Part shown: one piece after another, positions 53,530-64,000 of the stretch
Layout: every line of letters begins with the position of its first letter
How positions within the stretch are numbered: the first letter of the stretch is position 1
UHGV virus genome: UHGV-0300374
Origin: a virus
Reading direction: 5' to 3' (one strand)
Length of the DNA stretch: 64,000 bases
Notes under the pieces: generated by a model
What the model was told of the DNA's origin: nothing
Database searches by the model: none
What the model saw: only the letters and a program-made list of their open reading frames with translations
Program-made: the position numbers and the translations under genes

Positions 53530-54429
53530 ATGTCACAAGCTGATTTGAGTTACAAAAATATCCTGAACCATGTTTTATCCGTTGGTGAACTGCGTACTAC
53601 ACGAACTGGGGATGTTATCTCTGCATTTGCTCCACCACAGTTTCGTTTTGATATGAGAACTGGTTTCCCACTCTTAACATCTAAACAGGTGTTTACACGG
53701 CAAGTTATTGGGGAAGCTTTATGGTTCCTGAATGGTGAGAATAAACTTGGTGAACTCCGTTATCGCACTTGGGGTGAAAATGATGGAGAACGTTGGACTA
53801 TCTGGTCAGATGATTTTAAACGTTGGTTAAGCTCTAACTATTCTTCTGAGCAAGACTGGTTAGAAGATGCAGGTGGGAGAATCTACGGGGTTCAGTGGAG
53901 AAACTTTGAAGGTCATAATGGTTGTGTTGTAGACCAGTTAGAAACCTTAGTAACGAAGATGAAAGGTGATATCACAGACCGTTACATGCTTGTTAATGCT
54001 TGGAATGCAGCAGATATTGCAGCTAACTCAATGGCTTTAGCACCTTGTCATGTGCTGTTTCAGATTTATATCACTAACGAAGGTGAAGTTGACTTGCAAT
54101 GGTATCAACGTTCTGTAGACACCTTTTTAGGACTTCCGTTTAACATTGCATCTTATGGTTTTATTCTGGAAGTTCTTTGTAAGATGACTGGATACACTCC
54201 ACGGTACTTGATAGGTGTCTTTGGGGATACTCAGATTTATCAGAACCATATGAAGCAGGTTTATGAACTGATAAACAATGAAGAGTTCCATGCACCTACT
54301 TTTGAGATTGGTGTGCAGCTTAACACTTTAAGTGACTTAAAACATCTTACTGCAAGTGATTTTATTGGTGGCATTAACAACTACCAACATGCAGGGAAGA
54401 TTGAAGCACCTCTGTCAGTAGGCAAGTAA
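53530..54429 (+). CDS. thyA: thymidylate synthase
   Basis: RTGDVISAFAPPQFRFDMRTGFPLLTSK and catalytic LAPCHVLFQ segments. Confidence 0.9.
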   Translation: MSQADLSYKNILNHVLSVGELRTTRTGDVISAFAPPQFRFDMRTGFPLLTSKQVFTRQVIGEALWFLNGENKLGELRYRTWGENDGERWTIWSDDFKRWLSSNYSSEQDWLEDAGGRIYGVQWRNFEGHNGCVVDQLETLVTKMKGDITDRYMLVNAWNAADIAANSMALAPCHVLFQIYITNEGEVDLQWYQRSVDTFLGLPFNIASYGFILEVLCKMTGYTPRYLIGVFGDTQIYQNHMKQVYELINNEEFHAPTFEIGVQLNTLSDLKHLTASDFIGGINNYQHAGKIEAPLSVGK

Positions 54430-54436
54430 AACAAAA

Positions 54437-54460
54437 AAGGCTCCCGTAAAAAGGAGCCTT
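54437..54460. terminator. bidirectional rho-independent terminator between convergent genes
   Basis: AAGGCTCC-CGTAAAA-AGGAGCCTT flanked by A-run and T-run. Confidence 0.6.
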
Positions 54461-54465
54461 AAACT

Positions 54466-54837
54466 TTATTTTTCAGTATTCTTTGTGTTCTTTTCAGTAA
54501 TAGCTTGGAGGGCTGATACTGATTGAGCCAGATTGTTCACACTGTCAGAGAATTTATCAAGAGTTTTGGTAAGTTTTGCGTTTTCACCCTTAACATTCTC
54601 TAACTGAACTTTCTGGTTCTCCATCCCTAGCTGAATCAGTCTCATGTCAGACTGTAAATCACGAATAGCTGAATAGTTACTTTTGGAATAATTACCTAGC
54701 TGCTGTAACTTTGTTGTGACAGACACTTCTTGTTTACCACTTGAAACCTGCATCGTGGTATACATCCCAATAACACTAAAAATACCAACTACAATTGCAC
54801 CAATATTATTTTTAAAAGCTTCCTCTAGCCACTTCAT
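54466..54837 (-). CDS. hypothetical membrane-anchored coiled-coil protein
   Basis: N-terminal TM IGAIVVGIFSVIGMY then a heptad-like helical region. Confidence 0.4.
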   Translation of the reverse strand: MKWLEEAFKNNIGAIVVGIFSVIGMYTTMQVSSGKQEVSVTTKLQQLGNYSKSNYSAIRDLQSDMRLIQLGMENQKVQLENVKGENAKLTKTLDKFSDSVNNLAQSVSALQAITEKNTKNTEK

Positions 54838-55031
54838 TTATTCTCCCCCTTAAAAGCTTTTTCTAAGTTATCTACGAACTCATCATCAATAGGTGTGTCT
54901 GTTTTACTCGCAAGGTATCTTGCAAGCCTAAAGAACACTTTCTCAATCATGTATTCACTTAGAAGGGATAAAATGAGTTTCCAGAAGAAGCTACCTAGAT
55001 TTTTTAGAAGAATTGCTAGGATTGTAGGCAT
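54834..55031 (-). CDS. hypothetical small membrane protein
   Basis: 65-aa ORF with hydrophobic N-terminus. Confidence 0.35.
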   Translation of the reverse strand: MPTILAILLKNLGSFFWKLILSLLSEYMIEKVFFRLARYLASKTDTPIDDEFVDNLEKAFKGENK

Positions 55032-55110
55032 TTAATCACCTCATCAGCCAAGATGGTGAGAATACCCATAAAGAATATTAACACCATCTTAACAATCAGT
55101 CAACAATGGA

Positions 55111-57645
55111 TTAAGCAGTTCTTACCCAAGCCATTAACTTGTAGAACTGGTTAGTAACACTAAATGCTGAACCAGAGCCTGTACCACCAGTATTACCCCT
55201 AACTGTGTGACTGTGAGCACCAATACCTACAGAGTGAGCGTGCCCCCCAGCAGATGCAGCAGTACCGCTAACTGAGTGGGTGTGAGCACCATCATTTTCA
55301 GTCCAGCCAACATGGGTCTGAGCAGAGTTCGAAGATGCAACTCTACCTGATGGAACGTTAGCGTTGTCACCCTGTGAAATTCTGTGTGCGTGTTGCCCAG
55401 CAGATGCAGCAGTACCACTAACTGAGTGGGTGTGAGCGCCAGTACTATTAGTATTCTTCGTACCATAATCAAAAGATGAAGTGGTAGCAGAGAAGCTATG
55501 GGTGTGCGATGGTAAGTTGCCAACAGCTAACGTCACAGAATCTGAACCACCAGTTGTAGCAACATCTGAACCGTTTGCTGCTGCAATTCTGATAGTTCTA
55601 CCAACACCATTGTTCAGGTACGTCCAAGTTAACCCAGGAAGTGCAGTATTAGGGTTAACATTACTATTAAACCACGTTACAATACCTACTGGATAGATTT
55701 TATTAAGGTCTGTAGAGTCACTAATTGCTGTTGCAATCTTCTGGTCAGTTTCAGCTTTAGTGTATGCACCAATATCTGAAGGAGTTGGCTTCAAAATGCT
55801 AGTGTAGTAGTGAGCAATTGTCCCAGCAACATAGCCAGATGGAGCACTGTCAGATGTCTCTGGAGTCTCAAACAACTGCACTGTTGCATTAGATGATGAC
55901 TGAACCCTAGAGGTCGTAGCATTTTGATAGCCACCAACATTACAATAAATGTCATAATTATCACCAGAAGTGTTAACGTAACCAACTTGGTCTACAACAC
56001 CATTAGGTGAGTTCTTCCATGCAACAACATTTAAACCTTTTGGATTATTATTCCCTGTTCTAAGAACAATTTCCGTCTTACAGGCTTGGTCAGCAGAACC
56101 ATAGTTGAAACCAGACCCACCAAATAGTTCAATCACTGCTGTTGATGTTGATTGCGGCATAGTGACAGTAGCAATCTTAGCCCATTTGCCGCCATTACCA
56201 TTGTTAAACCCAGTACTTCTTACTCTCAGATACCTATTGTCGGCAGATGATTTGTTATAGTATCGACCATCAATATTAGTCCAGTCTTGCGGTTGGACCT
56301 GTCCATTAATATACAGGTTCTTATTCACACTAACCAATGTTGGCTCTAGAGAAATTTGAGTGCCTGAAAAGCTGTTATTCAAGGTTACCACGTTAGAACT
56401 AGCACCCCCTACACCTAGCCACCATCTAGAAACGTTCGCAGCATCAACACCACGAAGATATAGTGGCTGCCCCTGTGTCAAATTCCTTAATACCAAACCC
56501 TCATTGTTAGATACAATAGTTTGCACATTCGTGAATGTGTTAGACACATCAAGTTTAGCAAGATTACTTAAAGTCCCTGCTGGGATATATCTAGAGTCGA
56601 TATTAGCCCAATCAGAAGGTTGAACTTGACCATTGATTCTGAAATTCTTGTTTGCTAGGATAAAACCATTATCTAATCTAATATTTGAGCTATATACATA
56701 GTTGTGTAGCAATACAGCGCCTGTGTCATTACCGTTCCCTACATACCATCTGTTGATATTCTGAGAATCAACTCCCTGAATAAATAGTGAGCTGGATGTT
56801 GCATTTTTCAACCTTAAAGCGGCACTGTCACTGATAATGGTTAGTTTTCTGCTAAACGTGTTAGTGCCAGTAAAATTATTGTTAGCAGCTAACTTCGCAA
56901 ATCTCTGATTAGCCGCTGTCTGGGTAAAATATCTAGCATCTAAGTTAGCAAAACTTGAAGGCTGAACTTGACCAGCAATTTGAAGAGTTCTGTTGACTGT
57001 CACCAAATTTTCTAAAATAGCAATTGAAACGTCAGATTTTACATTCTTCAATACAAGATTATTTGTACCATTATTATCATTACCTAGATACCATCTGTTA
57101 GTACCATCTGCATCTTGACCACGCAGATAGAGAGGCATTCCTTGCGTGATATTTTTAATAATAAGGGCTTCATTATCAGAGAGGATAGCTTGAGTACCTC
57201 TAAAGGTATTATTCACAGCCAACCTTGCATATCTTGCATCATTCTCTTCATTAGTTCTCATCCCAAGCTCATTAGGACTTGGCTTATTCAGAGTATGATA
57301 AACAGTTGCCGACCTTGAAGAATCTGCAATAGTTAGTCTAAGGCCGTTTGCGTTGATTTTAAAAGTCTTTAAAACATCCCCAATATTAATCTCAGAAGAG
57401 CCTGTTGGGTCAAATACTGCCTTACCACCGTAAAGTAACTTGACAATTCCTAAGTCACCAGTCATAGTGCTACCAGCAATCTGAACAAATCTTTCAAGTT
57501 TAAAAGATGCTAAGAAGTCTTGATAGGTCATTCGACGGTCTTCATCACCCAGCATTTCAGGTCTCTTTTTAACTCTGACATGAAGAAGGTCGTCTGAACG
57601 GATTGTATCAATTGAGTTTAACTCACTCAACTTGTAATCTGCCAT
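55111..57645 (-). CDS. tail fibre protein with C-terminal His-x-His repeat motifs
   Basis: 844 aa; internal repeats NGQVQPxDWxNIDxRY; C-terminal HTHS...HAH...HSH boxes typical of fibre tips. Confidence 0.6.
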   Translation of the reverse strand: MADYKLSELNSIDTIRSDDLLHVRVKKRPEMLGDEDRRMTYQDFLASFKLERFVQIAGSTMTGDLGIVKLLYGGKAVFDPTGSSEINIGDVLKTFKINANGLRLTIADSSRSATVYHTLNKPSPNELGMRTNEENDARYARLAVNNTFRGTQAILSDNEALIIKNITQGMPLYLRGQDADGTNRWYLGNDNNGTNNLVLKNVKSDVSIAILENLVTVNRTLQIAGQVQPSSFANLDARYFTQTAANQRFAKLAANNNFTGTNTFSRKLTIISDSAALRLKNATSSSLFIQGVDSQNINRWYVGNGNDTGAVLLHNYVYSSNIRLDNGFILANKNFRINGQVQPSDWANIDSRYIPAGTLSNLAKLDVSNTFTNVQTIVSNNEGLVLRNLTQGQPLYLRGVDAANVSRWWLGVGGASSNVVTLNNSFSGTQISLEPTLVSVNKNLYINGQVQPQDWTNIDGRYYNKSSADNRYLRVRSTGFNNGNGGKWAKIATVTMPQSTSTAVIELFGGSGFNYGSADQACKTEIVLRTGNNNPKGLNVVAWKNSPNGVVDQVGYVNTSGDNYDIYCNVGGYQNATTSRVQSSSNATVQLFETPETSDSAPSGYVAGTIAHYYTSILKPTPSDIGAYTKAETDQKIATAISDSTDLNKIYPVGIVTWFNSNVNPNTALPGLTWTYLNNGVGRTIRIAAANGSDVATTGGSDSVTLAVGNLPSHTHSFSATTSSFDYGTKNTNSTGAHTHSVSGTAASAGQHAHRISQGDNANVPSGRVASSNSAQTHVGWTENDGAHTHSVSGTAASAGGHAHSVGIGAHSHTVRGNTGGTGSGSAFSVTNQFYKLMAWVRTA

Positions 57646-57691
57646 TATAAATTTTCCTCTTAAAAGGGGCTATAAAGCCCCTGTAAAGAAA

Positions 57692-58864
57692 TTAAGCTGT
57701 TCTCTGCCATACATACAGTACGAAGGATGGCTGTTCAATATTGAAAGCCTGTCCACTACCAACACTATTTGTGTTCCCACTATGTGTATGCTCAGAAGAA
57801 GAAACTGCCACAGTACCATTGTGTGTATGTGAGCCAATACCAACAGCATGACTGTGAGCACCAATACCAACCGTATGGCTGTGGTTACCAGATGCACCAG
57901 ATGTAACGCTAAAACTGTGTGAGTGTGCACCGTCACTAGATGTCCTTGATGTCCTTCTTGCACCACCACCATCAGAGTCAGCTACAGCATTACCAGTGCC
58001 ATCATTTTCTCTAGGGTACACATCATGGTCATGAGTACCATTTGTACTTGTGTTCCCTGACACACTATGTGTATGATTACCAGTCGTGTTAGTGGTCTTT
58101 GTTCCATAGTCAAAAGAGTTGGTAGTCTTAGTTCCATAATCAAAAGCTGAAATTGACACAGTTGCATTATGAGTGTGACCACCACCACTAAGAGACACAG
58201 AGTGAGAGTGTTGTGGCATGTTATTAACTGACAAAGTGACAGTTGAAGCACCAAATACAGAACCTACTGGTCTTGTATCAGAGTCATAACCAACCAATGC
58301 TCTACCTTTTGAAACTAACTCCCAAGTTCCTCCACAAATTAAATATGTAGAAGGGTTTGCAGAGTTCATGGAAAGATGGATAGTACCTACTGGATAGGAA
58401 GCCTGAACAGCCTTGTACAAGTTATTTACTGCTCTTGCTGTAGCATACTTATCTGCATCTTCGTTATAAAGGTTAGATGTTGTCCAGTTCTGAACATTAC
58501 TCAATCCTACCTGTGCCTTAGTTGTATTATGTGGGTTGCTCTTGTCCTGAATATGCTGTTGAACAAGATTGTTAACCTCTTCTGAAGACATAATCTGTAG
58601 ATTTGCTCTTGCCTGAGCTACATTAGTAACGTCTGATAAGTTATTTGCAGCAACTAACTGAAGAGCATTGATAACGTTATCTAAACCAATTTGTGTTTTA
58701 GTAACACCATGAGGGTTATTTCTTAGGCTTGAGTGTGGAGCAAGTAATTGCTCAAGAGTGCATCTCTTATCCTCAATACCCTGTTTAAGATGGAAGATAT
58801 CACTAAGGTCAATTGGTAAGGCTGCTTGAGGCAAGGCACTAATTTGAATTTCACCTACTGCCAT
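57692..58864 (-). CDS. tail fibre protein (second), with C-terminal His-x-His motifs
   Basis: 390 aa; GNHTHSVSG...HSHSFS...HSHTVGIGAHSHAVGIGSHTHNG. Confidence 0.55.
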   Translation of the reverse strand: MAVGEIQISALPQAALPIDLSDIFHLKQGIEDKRCTLEQLLAPHSSLRNNPHGVTKTQIGLDNVINALQLVAANNLSDVTNVAQARANLQIMSSEEVNNLVQQHIQDKSNPHNTTKAQVGLSNVQNWTTSNLYNEDADKYATARAVNNLYKAVQASYPVGTIHLSMNSANPSTYLICGGTWELVSKGRALVGYDSDTRPVGSVFGASTVTLSVNNMPQHSHSVSLSGGGHTHNATVSISAFDYGTKTTNSFDYGTKTTNTTGNHTHSVSGNTSTNGTHDHDVYPRENDGTGNAVADSDGGGARRTSRTSSDGAHSHSFSVTSGASGNHSHTVGIGAHSHAVGIGSHTHNGTVAVSSSEHTHSGNTNSVGSGQAFNIEQPSFVLYVWQRTA

Positions 58865-58866
58865 TA

Positions 58867-64000
<5,134 letters not shown>

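Noticed and set aside
55227-58254. His/Leu/Val-rich ORFs overlapping the tail-fibre genes
   Set aside because: Off-frame or antisense readings of the repetitive His-box and Gly/Thr/Ser-rich fibre coding sequence.

Overview
This window reads as a 64-kb stretch of a virulent tailed dsDNA phage of a Gram-negative host (about 39-40% GC by eye), with no integrase, transposase, rRNA, tRNA or CRISPR array recognised. Everything below comes from reading the sequence and the ORF track; no database search was run, so all functional calls are motif-level. Layout: (1) 1-5505 (+) is the 3' end of a GH24 endolysin followed by 13 small early-type ORFs; (2) 5541-7194 is a 1.65-kb ORF-free block of short phased repeats; (3) 7195-13699 (-) is a hyperplastic array of about 16 small genes, each preceded by a repeated promoter + stem-loop + RBS cassette; (4) 13760-14220 is non-coding, with a G4-capable polypurine tract and four direct repeats; (5) 14220-43367 (-) carries a macro-domain protein, an overlapping spanin pair, an SLT-type transglycosylase, rIIA/rIIB-like genes, a Prs-like + Nampt-like pair, anaerobic and aerobic ribonucleotide reductases (nrdG, nrdD, glutaredoxin, nrdB, nrdA), HNH and GIY-YIG nuclease-like ORFs, and a T7-like replication set (5'-3' exonuclease, SSB, primase-helicase, dNMP kinase); (6) 43595-54429 (+) carries a family A DNA polymerase, ATP-dependent DNA ligase, small genes flanked by unusual GT-rich repeats, DHFR and thymidylate synthase; (7) 54466-64000 (-) carries tail-fibre and baseplate genes. 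The most interesting candidates are an NAD+/ADP-ribose counter-defence theme (the Prs-like + Nampt-like pair resembling NAD+ reconstitution pathway 1, a TARG1/DarG-type macro-domain protein, and a possible ADP-ribosyltransferase-like ORF), the cassette-driven accessory gene array, and several structured non-coding repeat regions.
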